Shown here: one piece after another, positions 36,290 through 45,270 of the stretch
Layout: every line of letters starts with the position of its first letter
How positions within the stretch are numbered: the first letter of the stretch is position 1
Origin: a virus
Taxonomy: Duplodnaviria > Caudoviricetes
Strand: one strand, 5' to 3'
Length of the DNA: 64,000 nucleotides
Virus record (IMG/VR): IMGVR_UViG_3300033076_001357
Location: 21,120 to 85,119 of that record
Notes under the pieces: model-generated
Database searches by the model: none
What the model was told of the DNA's origin: nothing
What the model saw: the letters and a program-made list of their open reading frames with translations, nothing else
Made by a program: the position numbers and the translations under genes

Positions 36290-38865
36290 CGCTTCTTGTA
36301 GTCCTCGCTGTGAGAGTTCATCTCCTTGCCCCAGGGCCCGGCGTCCTGATCCACCGTACCCACCCAGGCCATGATCGACTTCTGCTTGGTGAGCCGGAAA
36401 GCGTCCACTCGGTGCCAGCCGTCCGCTATCTCCAGCTTGTCTCCGTCCGGGGTCTTGACCAGCACTACCGGATGCGCCGGGGGGGTTCCGTCCTCTATCG
36501 CCCGGACCAGCTGGCGAACCTTTACCGGATCGTACGCCCCTCCCGGACGAGGACCCGACTGTATCTGATCCAGCGACACCGGCTGCGGACCGTGCCAGTG
36601 GGCGTCTTTCACCCAGTCGATCAGCGCCGCCGGGTAATGCCTGGCCAGGTACGCGTACACCTCGTGAGTGCCGTCCCCGTGGTCGGCGTGCTTGATGGAC
36701 GCCCGAGCGGAGCTGATGGCCTCCTCCACCGACTTGCCTATGGCCAGATCGGCGTACAGGGACGCCCACGTCCGGGTGTCCACGTGCTTCCAGTCCCAGT
36801 CGTCTATGGATTTGCCCTTGATCAGCCTGCGACGCACCAGGTCCAGCTCCCGCAACGCGCGGCTCTTGATACGAGGCCGGGGGGCGTCGGCTTCGGCAGC
36901 TGCGGCCTGGTGTCCCGGGGTGCCTCGGTCACCGATGGTGTCTAGGTCGTCTTCCGGCTCGGGGGTGTGCGGAGTGGCCACCGACGGCTCCACGGTCAGC
37001 GGCTTGTCGTCGGGAGACCTGGACGGGCTCATCGGTCCCACGGCCATCGGGTCCGGCCGCTTCGGCACCCCGGGAGCGTTGTCGTGGTCGCCCACCGACG
37101 CGGGTTGGGACGTGGTCGGCCCGCCCTGGCCCTGCTGACGCTCCCTGATCCTCTGGTCCTGTAGGTTCTGGGCTGCGGTGGTCAGCACCACCGACCCGGT
37201 CTGAGGGCTTAGCTGACCTGGAACCGCCATGCCGGTGGACGGATCGATAGACCCGATCGGGGTGATTCCTCGGGTGGTCATGTACAGCGGGTCGGAGGTC
37301 AGCGGCAGGCCCCATGGCTGTTCGCCACGCTGGATCCGGGCCTCGTCGATGGACTTCATTCCGAAGGACACTTCCTGGATCAGGATTCCGACCTCGGACG
37401 CTTCGTCGACGCCTTCCTCCAGGCCCTCCCACATCCATTCCATGTCCGACTGGCCGCAGATGTCGTGCAGCACGAAGTCGAACAGACTGGACTTCAGCCA
37501 CTTCAGCAGGGGCCGCAGTGCCTTGCGCTGCATGACCTCCTGGCTCATCTTGGCCATCTGGTTCGCCGCGCCGGGAGACTGAGTTAGAGACACCTTGGGG
37601 GCGATGCCAAGCTCCATGGGCATCACCGAGTACCCCATACAGACCTGGTTCATCACCACCTCGTCGAACTGGTCTGCCAGCGGAACCGGCCGAATCGGGT
37701 CTATCGTGGAATTGCTGGGCAGCACGATGATCTTGTGCTTCCACGCCGGGTCCCCCGCCATCGCGTTGAGAGCGTCCTGCAGCTCCCTCAGCTGGTTGGG
37801 GGTGAGGTCCGGGTTACCCGCCGAGATGAACATGCCGGGGACGGTACCCTCGGCGTAGTAGTTCAACTGGTACTGCTGACGCTGAATGCCGCTCAGAACC
37901 GGCACCAGCGACTGCTCAAGGGGAGTGAAGCCGTACGGGGTCCAGTCACGTGCGGTGTACGGAAGGTACAGCAGCTGGTCTCCCCGGTACTCGGCGGCCA
38001 GCTCCTCGCCCATGTCGGCCACGTCGTCCCCGGATAGCGCGGTCATCAGATCGACCCGGGGCACCCCGTAGTTGTAGATCTGAAACGCCGGGGCCGGTGG
38101 CCGGGGAATTCCTCCTCGGATGTCCAGAAGCGGCCGGACCGTCGACCCGTCGATCAGGCACAGAGCGGCCAGGTCCGACCCCAGCAGACCTTTGCCCCTC
38201 CGCCGGGACGGCTGCAGGTACACCGACAAAGCGTCGATAACGAAGACGTCTTCCAGCACCGCCGACAGCCACGAGTTGAACGTATGGTACTTCTCCGGGT
38301 CGGGTCGCTTGAAGAACTTGAGAGCTTCGGCCCTGCGCTTGGCGAAGTCCATGTGCTGAGACGCCGACCCGCGCATGGCCTTCTGAGCCTCGCGGGTCGG
38401 CACGATGTCCCAGCCCAGGCCGATGATCTCGTTCTTACGAAGCTCGATACAGGCCCTGGCCACCGAATAGGTGTCGCTGATGGTCCGTAGGGCTTCGAAT
38501 GGAGCCAGCCGGATGGCCTCGGTGCCCGGTTCGCCAACCGGCATGTTCCACGCCACCGGGTACGGGAACCTGCGGGGCTCCGGTCGCCCGGAATCAGGTT
38601 CTGGCGCATCGATGCCCACCGGCGCTATCGGACTGAGCGGGCCGAACGCTCCAGAAAGGAACGTGTCCGGTATCCGGGGAAGTCCGGTACCGTATGGCCT
38701 TCCCTGGGTCCATTGCTCGTAGCTGGCCACCAGCGGGCTGATCATCGCCGACCCGGGCTGGCCAGCGGCGGCTGGTACGCCGCCGAACCCCCCTGGCCCT
38801 CCGGGACCACCGACAGAACCGGTCGGCGGAAGAGCCCTGGCCACCGACCCCGGACGAACAGCCAT
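36286..38865 (-). CDS. Portal protein fused to a C-terminal ParB/Srx-like domain
   Basis: Portal motifs (LIDGSTVRP, PYGFTPLEQ, YYAEGTVPG); C-terminal PVVLVK...IADGWHRVDAF. Confidence 0.85.
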   Translation of the reverse strand: MAVRPGSVARALPPTGSVGGPGGPGGFGGVPAAAGQPGSAMISPLVASYEQWTQGRPYGTGLPRIPDTFLSGAFGPLSPIAPVGIDAPEPDSGRPEPRRFPYPVAWNMPVGEPGTEAIRLAPFEALRTISDTYSVARACIELRKNEIIGLGWDIVPTREAQKAMRGSASQHMDFAKRRAEALKFFKRPDPEKYHTFNSWLSAVLEDVFVIDALSVYLQPSRRRGKGLLGSDLAALCLIDGSTVRPLLDIRGGIPRPPAPAFQIYNYGVPRVDLMTALSGDDVADMGEELAAEYRGDQLLYLPYTARDWTPYGFTPLEQSLVPVLSGIQRQQYQLNYYAEGTVPGMFISAGNPDLTPNQLRELQDALNAMAGDPAWKHKIIVLPSNSTIDPIRPVPLADQFDEVVMNQVCMGYSVMPMELGIAPKVSLTQSPGAANQMAKMSQEVMQRKALRPLLKWLKSSLFDFVLHDICGQSDMEWMWEGLEEGVDEASEVGILIQEVSFGMKSIDEARIQRGEQPWGLPLTSDPLYMTTRGITPIGSIDPSTGMAVPGQLSPQTGSVVLTTAAQNLQDQRIRERQQGQGGPTTSQPASVGDHDNAPGVPKRPDPMAVGPMSPSRSPDDKPLTVEPSVATPHTPEPEDDLDTIGDRGTPGHQAAAAEADAPRPRIKSRALRELDLVRRRLIKGKSIDDWDWKHVDTRTWASLYADLAIGKSVEEAISSARASIKHADHGDGTHEVYAYLARHYPAALIDWVKDAHWHGPQPVSLDQIQSGPRPGGAYDPVKVRQLVRAIEDGTPPAHPVVLVKTPDGDKLEIADGWHRVDAFRLTKQKSIMAWVGTVDQDAGPWGKEMNSHSEDYKKR

Positions 38866-38873
38866 CTGGCCCC

Positions 38874-39098
38874 CTACCTGACTTTGTACCGCGTGGTCAC
38901 CTTTTTCAGGTGAGGAGTGGTCTCACAGAACGTCTGGTGCACCAGCCGGTGTTCCACGGCGTCCTGATACTGCTGAGGAGTGTTGACAACCCACAGCCTA
39001 CCGCACCATTCAACCGTTGCGTGGCACAGCAGCACAACCGGGAGAACACGCGGGGCGCCTCGCACCTCAGGCATCGGCACCTTGTCCCAGTTTACCAT
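38874..39098 (-). CDS. Hypothetical protein
   Basis: ORF track; overlapping start/stop chain. Confidence 0.5.
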   Translation of the reverse strand: MVNWDKVPMPEVRGAPRVLPVVLLCHATVEWCGRLWVVNTPQQYQDAVEHRLVHQTFCETTPHLKKVTTRYKVR

Positions 39099-39526
39099 CA
39101 GACAGTTTCCTCAGTATCCGGGTAGTAAGGTATCTCCTCCGGCCAGGCCACGTTGTCCTCCGGCCACACCCCGGCTTCCCAGAACTCGATCTCGGCCAGT
39201 GAGCCGTTCGGATGAAACGTCATTCTCTTCACCCGGGGACAGGCCCGGGCGTGGATGCCGCCGCAGTGTTTGCACGCCTCGCCGTTGTTGAACCGGGTTC
39301 TGAACTCGGTGGCCAGCTGGGGCGTCCACTGATCGTCGTCCTTGGCCGTAGGGTCCTTTTCCACCGTGCCCACGGACCAGTTTTCCAGTATGTAGGCACC
39401 GTTCAGACCCCTCCATCTCATCAGTGCGTCGCGCGCCTCTGTGGCCTCACTCTCCGACTCGTACGGTCCGAAGGTCTGCAGTATCCCTGACCTGTCGGAA
39501 AACCACAGGTGGAGAACGTATGGCAT
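39098..39526 (-). CDS. Hypothetical protein (CxHCGGxH motif)
   Basis: ATG at 39526 overlaps the upstream stop. Confidence 0.55.
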   Translation of the reverse strand: MPYVLHLWFSDRSGILQTFGPYESESEATEARDALMRWRGLNGAYILENWSVGTVEKDPTAKDDDQWTPQLATEFRTRFNNGEACKHCGGIHARACPRVKRMTFHPNGSLAEIEFWEAGVWPEDNVAWPEEIPYYPDTEETV

Positions 39527-39801
39527 CAGGCGCCGCCCTTCTTTTGCACCGACTGGTTTATGGCCGCCGATATGGCGTTCTCGTCCACCACCAGGACCCG
39601 TTGGGGATCGGTGATCCACACGCTGGGTCGCACCTCGATGGTGCCCGCCCACCCGTGCTCCACCACCATGCCCATCAGGGTGGCCACCTCGCTGGGAGCA
39701 CAGTACAGCACCCGCTTACATTCTTCCCTTACCATCTGGATGAATGCCTGATCGAAGTCGAACTGATCGGGCCCGTCGTAGTCGTCTTCTTCCTCGGTCA
39801 C
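39526..39801 (-). CDS. Hypothetical protein
   Basis: GTG at 39801 overlaps the upstream stop. Confidence 0.5.
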   Translation of the reverse strand: MTEEEDDYDGPDQFDFDQAFIQMVREECKRVLYCAPSEVATLMGMVVEHGWAGTIEVRPSVWITDPQRVLVVDENAISAAINQSVQKKGGA

Positions 39802-40169
39802 GGCGCGGCCACCTGGGGCGCGTAGAAGGTGCCGACCACCAGGGCGGTGGCGCTGGTCTGTCCCGGGTCCATCCACAGGATGTACGGGCCGCCCCCGTGA
39901 GTCAGAAGCGCGGTTCCGGTGGCGGTCAGAATCACCTGAACGGTTGACGCGGTGGTGTCCACGATGATCTGTCCGTTGGCTGTGGACGCCCCACTGGTCA
40001 CCGACAGAGTGGGGGACCCGGTGTCGGTGACCGCCCGCCTGATGGCGAACTCGAAGGTCTTGCCGATGATGTTCATCAGCGTGCCGTCCGAATTCTGCAG
40101 CAGGTAGGTGGTGGACCACTGAGAACCTTGGGGGTTGGTGACGTCGACCGTGTTGGGCAGAAAAGTCAT
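39798..40169 (-). CDS. Small beta-rich virion-type protein
   Basis: QGSQWSTTYLL...VQVILTATGT...GTF resembles baseplate-upper N-terminal domains. Confidence 0.55.
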   Translation of the reverse strand: MTFLPNTVDVTNPQGSQWSTTYLLQNSDGTLMNIIGKTFEFAIRRAVTDTGSPTLSVTSGASTANGQIIVDTTASTVQVILTATGTALLTHGGGPYILWMDPGQTSATALVVGTFYAPQVAAP

Positions 40170-40176
40170 CCGCTGG

Positions 40177-41793
40177 TCACCTTTCGTGGCGGTGCCAGCA
40201 CTTCGGGCACCGTTCGGGGTGTAGCTTTTTCAGGAATGTGTGGTTACAACCGTCACAGGTTACCACCCCGTATGCCTCGTGCCAGCCGCCGGACACTACC
40301 CAGAACGCCATCACCACCGCGTCCGCGTAGTCGGTGGACCGTCCGATACGTGACCGGATGTCGTCCTTGGACTCTACCTGGATCTTACCGCCCGACATCA
40401 CTCGCCAGTGCGGAGCCGTCAAGTCACCGGTCAGGCGATCGTGAACAGGAAGCATCAGTTTGCTTCCCTTGGACGGGTCCAGCAGGTCTCTCAGCCGCCA
40501 CCACGAAGCGGCCCGGGCGTTTACGAAACCCAGCTCACCCGAACTGTCCTTCTTGGACGAAGACGCCGAGGCATTGAACGCCTCCACCGGCATCTTCTGC
40601 TCCCGCAGCCGGTCCACCACGCCAGCGCCGATGCCGATCACGTCCACCACCGCCGACATCCCGGGGTTACCGTCCAGGATACCCTTCACCTGCCCGGTAG
40701 TGACCATGGTGTCCTGCCGGTTGAACTCCCGCAGGTCGGTGACGATGTCACCGAACCTTATGGCCATGATGGTCTTGTCCGTACCGGACCTGGCTACGTC
40801 GACCCCTACGGTCATCTGACCGTCGGAGAACGGCCTTCCGTTCTCGTCCCACTCCCGCCACCGCTCGTTGGCCGCTTCGATCCACGCTAGCGGTATGACT
40901 CCGTCCTCGTCGGACGAGTAGAACTCACCCAGCACGCGGTTGTTGTACACCGCCGAATTCTCGCCCCACTGGCTTTTGCGCTGATCGGCCCACTGTTGAG
41001 ATATGCGCTTGGCCGCTATAGCTTCTTCCAGCTTGACGTGACGGGGGGTCCAGTCCTCCAGTCCGGGCTTGCGCGCGTGGATGTCATAGAACATTCCGTT
41101 GGGTTCGCCCGGCGTGGACGCAGCCAGCGCGAACGCTTCCGGCAGCCCCTCGGCAGCGGCTCCGGAGAACGCTCCTTCAGCGGCTTCAAAGGTACTGGAC
41201 GGAATAGCTTTGGACTCGTCGAAGACGTACAGCACCGAGTCGGCGTGAACACCTTCAATAAGCTCGGCCTTGTTGGACGCCACCGCGAACGCGGCCCCGT
41301 GTGTGAGCTTCAGGTTGAGGCTGAGAAGCTCGGTTCTCTCGTCGAACGGCCCCCGGTTCAGCCGGTCCCACCTGATCCGCTTAGCCCATTTGTGAATCTC
41401 CGGCCACAGATACCGTTCAAGCTGCCGCCACGCGCCCGCCGTGGTGGCGATCTTCCAGTCCACTCCGGCATCGTCCCGGGTCAGAGCGAACCACAGCACC
41501 GCAATGGCCGACAGGGCACTCTTGCCCAGACCATGGGGGCCCCGGACGGCCACGCGCTTGTTGACGGGTATACTGGACAGAATGTCTTTCTGGTACGCGG
41601 TAAGGCCGTCTTCTTGAGAGTCGCCGAAGTCTATGCACTCCAGTGCGAACCTTACCGGGTCGCTGTAGAACCTTCTGGCCGGTAGGTCCTCGGCGGTCTT
41701 GTTGGACACCCCGTTGATCTCGTCGTGCTTCTCCCTTAGCTTGCGCAGCCGCTCCAGCCGCTCCAGTTTGGCCACCGCCAGGGGGGAAGTCAT
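40177..41793 (-). CDS. terL: Terminase large subunit
   Basis: Walker A RGPHGLGKS, Walker B VFDES, ASTP, nuclease GVDVARSGTD and DYADAV. Confidence 0.93.
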   Translation of the reverse strand: MTSPLAVAKLERLERLRKLREKHDEINGVSNKTAEDLPARRFYSDPVRFALECIDFGDSQEDGLTAYQKDILSSIPVNKRVAVRGPHGLGKSALSAIAVLWFALTRDDAGVDWKIATTAGAWRQLERYLWPEIHKWAKRIRWDRLNRGPFDERTELLSLNLKLTHGAAFAVASNKAELIEGVHADSVLYVFDESKAIPSSTFEAAEGAFSGAAAEGLPEAFALAASTPGEPNGMFYDIHARKPGLEDWTPRHVKLEEAIAAKRISQQWADQRKSQWGENSAVYNNRVLGEFYSSDEDGVIPLAWIEAANERWREWDENGRPFSDGQMTVGVDVARSGTDKTIMAIRFGDIVTDLREFNRQDTMVTTGQVKGILDGNPGMSAVVDVIGIGAGVVDRLREQKMPVEAFNASASSSKKDSSGELGFVNARAASWWRLRDLLDPSKGSKLMLPVHDRLTGDLTAPHWRVMSGGKIQVESKDDIRSRIGRSTDYADAVVMAFWVVSGGWHEAYGVVTCDGCNHTFLKKLHPERCPKCWHRHER

Positions 41794-42156
41794 CTACAGC
41801 CCCAGGTCGGTGACGATCAGAGAAGCCGAGTTCATGGCGCTGGAGCCGTTCAGCGCGTACGCTATGAACTCGATGACGTGTGGACCGGCGGACAGCGGGG
41901 TGTTGAAGGAGAAGTGCGTACCCGCCGAGTCCTCGTACACCGCTATCCCGTCCACTGTCACGCTGACCTGAACGGCTCCGTTGTTGACGGCCTGAGACCC
42001 GCCGACGAACTGGACCAGGTGGCCCGATCCCGACACCGTGGCGCTGGCCCCCTGCAGCAGTGACGTAGAGCTGTTGGCCGGTAGCGGTACGTCGGACGCG
42101 GTGTCGACCAGCAGCGTTAGCGGGCTGGCCGGTCCGGTAGCGGTGGTGGCGGTCAC
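41794..42156 (-). CDS. Putative virion protein
   Basis: Ser/Thr/Val-rich beta-sandwich composition. Confidence 0.55.
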   Translation of the reverse strand: MTATTATGPASPLTLLVDTASDVPLPANSSTSLLQGASATVSGSGHLVQFVGGSQAVNNGAVQVSVTVDGIAVYEDSAGTHFSFNTPLSAGPHVIEFIAYALNGSSAMNSASLIVTDLGL

Positions 42157-42174
42157 GAGCTGAGTACCTCCGGG

Positions 42175-43575
42175 TCAGGGCAGGGCGAACTTGGGGGCCA
42201 GGATGACCGCGCTGTTGGCAGCGTCCTGAAGGCTGGCACAGACCCGAGTCATGCAGACCCAGGCTATCAGAATGCCGTCGGTAAAGTCGGGACTCTGTAC
42301 GAAAGTGGTGGAGTGACCCACTGTGGCCACGGCCGCGCTGAGTGAACTGTACACCGTCTGGCCATACTGGACGCCCACCTGGGTACCGGCCGTCCTGGTG
42401 CCGAACAGATAAACCCGCTGAATGGTGGAGCTGTTGGTTCCGCCGCCCACCGAGGTCAGCACCCCGCCCACGTCGTACACGGTGGGGTTGAGCTGAGTAG
42501 CTGGAGTCTCGGAGTTCGGCAGCTGGGTGCCGTAATAGAACGACACCGGGGTTTCCGCCACTGAGGTGATGACGTTGGGGTTGTACACGTCTACACCGTA
42601 GTTGTACCCCGCACTGAACAGCTGGCCCGCGCTCAGATTGAACCTGAGGTTGGCGCCGTTGGCGGTGACCTTGGCACCAGCGGCCACGAAGGGATTCAGA
42701 CTGTTCATCAGGTCTACGTCCTGATTGGCGTTCTGGGGTATGTAGCTCGGTGCCGAGTCCACCGAGATGATGGATCCTCCAATGTACACCGTGACGCCCA
42801 GCTGAATGGAAGACCGCCGCTGAGAAGCGGTGGGCTTGGCGGCCAGCGAGGTCACGTTGCCAGCGGCGTCCGACACCCACCAGCTGATGGCCCGGGTCAG
42901 CTCGGGGCCGCTCAGCGTTATGGTGCGAGCCGGTATGGTAACCGGGGTTATCGTGGGAGCAGCGGGGTTGGTCACCGCGTCCACGATCACACCCACGCCC
43001 GCCGACACGTTGAACGAGGTTGCGGCGTTGGGCGTCAGAACCGCACCGCCCAGAAGTCCGGTGGACCGGTACGGGGAGTATGGCCACGCCACGCCGTTGA
43101 CCCTGGACACAGTGGGGCTGGGCAGCGTTCCCGACAAATCTCCCCCGGCGGTGGCGCCGGTCTGTATGGCGTTGACTATCCGGCTGTCGTTACCGGCCGC
43201 TATCGTCCCGGAAGCCGTTCCTACCGGCAGTACCGGGGTCCACACCGCAGCCCCCGTGGCCGCGTTGGAACAGATGTAGTTGACGTTGGTTACGGTGTTG
43301 GTCCACTGGGACCCCGGCGTGAACCCCTGAGTGTGGTCGTTGGACACCGTGGGGCTGGCAGCAGCTATCCGGCCCACTGGTACCCCGAAGGAGTGTGTGG
43401 TCCCCCACACGCCCGACACCCGTGGCCCGTAGTACACCCCCGGGGTGGTAGTGTCGAGGTAGAAGTACCCGTCCAGGCCGGTGACGTGGTCCACGGGAGC
43501 CCCGGCCCCACTTATCCACCCGGAGCCGGGCGGGCCCGAGGTCCCGCCCGACTGGATGATGACATCGATCGCCAC
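42175..43575 (-). CDS. Fibre-like virion structural protein
   Basis: GAGAP...GYFYLDT..VYYGP and AGGDLSGTLPSPTV motifs common in phage fibres. Confidence 0.65.
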   Translation of the reverse strand: MAIDVIIQSGGTSGPPGSGWISGAGAPVDHVTGLDGYFYLDTTTPGVYYGPRVSGVWGTTHSFGVPVGRIAAASPTVSNDHTQGFTPGSQWTNTVTNVNYICSNAATGAAVWTPVLPVGTASGTIAAGNDSRIVNAIQTGATAGGDLSGTLPSPTVSRVNGVAWPYSPYRSTGLLGGAVLTPNAATSFNVSAGVGVIVDAVTNPAAPTITPVTIPARTITLSGPELTRAISWWVSDAAGNVTSLAAKPTASQRRSSIQLGVTVYIGGSIISVDSAPSYIPQNANQDVDLMNSLNPFVAAGAKVTANGANLRFNLSAGQLFSAGYNYGVDVYNPNVITSVAETPVSFYYGTQLPNSETPATQLNPTVYDVGGVLTSVGGGTNSSTIQRVYLFGTRTAGTQVGVQYGQTVYSSLSAAVATVGHSTTFVQSPDFTDGILIAWVCMTRVCASLQDAANSAVILAPKFALP

Positions 43576-43578
43576 TGG

Positions 43579-43755
43579 TTAGCTGGCCTTGTCGACACTG
43601 TTGGCCAGCACTCCGGCCAGGTCCCGGACCAGGTCGGCCCGTAGCTGGTTGAGCAGCGGGACCAGGTCGTCGTGGACCGCCTTGGCCACCAGCTCGGCGT
43701 CGTGCTCGGCCAGTCCCGCCACGCGCTGCAGCGCGTCCTTGATGCCGTGGAACAT
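43579..43755 (-). CDS. 58-aa helical protein
   Basis: AAGGAG RBS, ATG at 43755, TAA at 43579-43581 (MFHGIKDALQRVAG...). Confidence 0.55.
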   Translation of the reverse strand: MFHGIKDALQRVAGLAEHDAELVAKAVHDDLVPLLNQLRADLVRDLAGVLANSVDKAS

Positions 43756-43822
43756 GGGGCCACTCCTTGGTAGACGAAGCTAGTGACTCCATTAAACCGT
43801 GCTGTCGTCCTGACAGCTACTG

Positions 43823-43906
43823 TGGTGCCGCCGGGGGGATTCGAACCCCCACGCCTAAGCACTAGTTCCTAAGACTAGCGTGTCTGCCAAGTTCCACCAC
43901 GGCGGC
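43823..43906 (-). tRNA. tRNA-Leu (TAG)
   Basis: GCCGCCG/CGGCGGC-A-CCA; CTAGT-CTTAGGA-ACTAG; long variable arm. Confidence 0.93.
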
Positions 43907-43911
43907 CTGAA

Positions 43912-43984
43912 TCGGGACGGGGGGACTCGAACCCCCGACAACCCGCTCCCAAAGCGGGTGTCCTAGCCGCTGGACCACGTCCCG
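43912..43984 (-). tRNA. tRNA-Pro (TGG)
   Basis: CGGGACG/CGTCCCG; CCCGC-TTTGGGA-GCGGG; T-loop TTCGAGT. Confidence 0.93.
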
Positions 43985-43985
43985 G

Positions 43986-44059
43986 TCGACCCCCCAGGAG
44001 TTGAACCTGGTACCTTCACCTTATCAGGGTGACGCTCTACCTGCTTGAGCTAGAGGTCG
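43986..44059 (-). tRNA. tRNA-Ile (GAT)
   Basis: CGACCTC/GGGGTCG; TCACC-CTGATAA-GGTGA; T-loop TTCAACT. Confidence 0.92.
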
Positions 44060-44097
44060 TGGCGCCCGACGGGGACCATATCCATTCCCCGCCGGGC
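44060..44097 (-). ncRNA. Minihelix-like RNA: 12-bp stem plus G-CCA, abutting the tRNA-Ile 5' end
   Basis: GCCCGGCGGGGA-ATGGATATGG-TCCCCGTCGGGC-G-CCA. Confidence 0.55.
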
Positions 44098-44131
44098 TTT
44101 TAAAACGATAATCGTCGTTTAGAGGTCTACC

Positions 44132-44300
44132 ACCCGATCAAGCACATTTAAAGACACCGGTCACGCCTCACGCAATACCGCTATACCATTAAGCGTACCC
44201 GACCGAGGATGGTTCTGCTCAGTTAAGAGCCGAGGTCGGGGCGGGAGTCGAACCCGCAACTTATTGCAACAGCCAATGTCTGGTCGATCTCGATGGGGGC
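44132..44300 (-). ncRNA. Circularly permuted tRNA-like module 2 (YrlA/Y-RNA-like topology)
   Basis: T-arm 44257-44241, then CCCGACC...GGTCGGG, then TA plus D-arm CGCT-TAATGGTAT-AGCG; ends pair via GCAATA/TATTGC, AGACATTGG/CCGGTGTCT and ATCGAG/CTTGAT. Confidence 0.75.
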
Positions 44301-44337
44301 GTACTGCTGAGTCTAGAGCGATAGCCTTAGTCTTTTT

Positions 44338-44423
44338 GCCTGGTCGCTGCCTCTGCTTTGGGCTACCCGGGCTCGATTGGTGCCCGGGGCAGGTCTCGCA
44401 CCTGCACTGTAACGATGTCGGCG
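44338..44423 (-). ncRNA. Circularly permuted tRNA-like module 1
   Basis: T-like arm GCAGG-TGCGAGA-CCTGC, then CCCGGGC-ACCAATCGA-GCCCGGG, then TA plus GCC-CAAAGCAGA-GGC; closing TCGTT/AGCGA. Confidence 0.7.
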
Positions 44424-44532
44424 TGAGTCTGTAGCTTCAGTCTGAGACTCTTACCCGGTCGCTCAAACCGGGGGAGCGGCGTTCGTCACGGGTACGAACA
44501 CCACCCTCCGACCTGAGTGAGCGAGGCTCGTG

Positions 44533-45270
44533 TCAGCTGAACAGCAGCCAGCCCAGAACGGCCTGACCGATGTGCTGCTGCGTGACCTGGACGGAGTTGG
44601 CCTCCTCGCGCGCGTGCTTGACGGCGTCCTGGAGAAGGTGAACCCGGTTCAGCAGCTGATCGACCCGGGCGGCCGGAACCGCTCCGGAGAACTTGGTGAG
44701 GGTCCAGTACCCCACCGTCTGGTCCTCAGAGTAGACCTCGACCTGCGCCGGGTGGCGGTCGGTGGCCTCGGCCTTGACGTGGTTGCGGAAGACCTTCTTG
44801 GTCTTGTTGGTCTCGATCGGCTCGGTCTTCCACAGGTTGAGCTGGTCGTCGAACCGCCAGCTCTCGGCCGGGTCGAGAGTGGGGAGCTTCGCCAGGAAGG
44901 TGGCGATGTTCACCAGCTGCTTCTCCAGGAACAGCAGGTAGGTGACCGGCACCGCGTGGGCCAGCACCGCCCCGCCTACCACCACGTCGGCCACGGCCGA
45001 CTGGTTGGCGGTCTCCTTGGTGTAGGTGACGTCGAACAGGTTGACCAGACTGTCGGCCACCTTCCGGATGACGTCGTCGACTCGGACCTGGACCTTGACC
45101 GACTCGGGCGGGTAGACGTCCCCGTCCTCGAACTTCGGTCGGTAGGTCCGGCTCAGACCAGAGGTCAGCGCGGACTTCTGAAGCTGGTGGTGAGCGGCGG
45201 TCAGTTCCTTCTCGGTGCGGCTCTTGACGCCGCTCTCGGCGGCAATGATCTGGTTGAGTCGAGTCGACAT
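44533..45270 (-). CDS. 245-aa hypothetical protein directly upstream of the permuted tRNA-like RNAs
   Basis: Clean codon usage and its own promoter (45316-45345). Motifs RLNQIIA, VPVTYLLFLEKQL and RNHVKAEATDRHPAQVEVY resemble a family I recall from Actinobacteria (unverified). Confidence 0.85.
   Translation of the reverse strand: MSTRLNQIIAAESGVKSRTEKELTAAHHQLQKSALTSGLSRTYRPKFEDGDVYPPESVKVQVRVDDVIRKVADSLVNLFDVTYTKETANQSAVADVVVGGAVLAHAVPVTYLLFLEKQLVNIATFLAKLPTLDPAESWRFDDQLNLWKTEPIETNKTKKVFRNHVKAEATDRHPAQVEVYSEDQTVGYWTLTKFSGAVPAARVDQLLNRVHLLQDAVKHAREEANSVQVTQQHIGQAVLGWLLFS

Noticed and set aside
40177-41793. Intein or intron in the terminase or primase
   Set aside because: Lengths and motif spacing are normal; no intein C-terminal HN-C/S/T signature was seen.
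44234-44372. One ordinary intron-containing tRNA from GCCCGGG to CCCGACC
   Set aside because: The acceptor would have two mismatches, whereas each permuted pairing is 7/7.
44132-44520. Standard or two-piece tmRNA call
   Set aside because: No G3:U70 alanine identity pair, no GGGG 5' end, no evident pseudoknot series, and the short ORF does not end in an AA-type tag.
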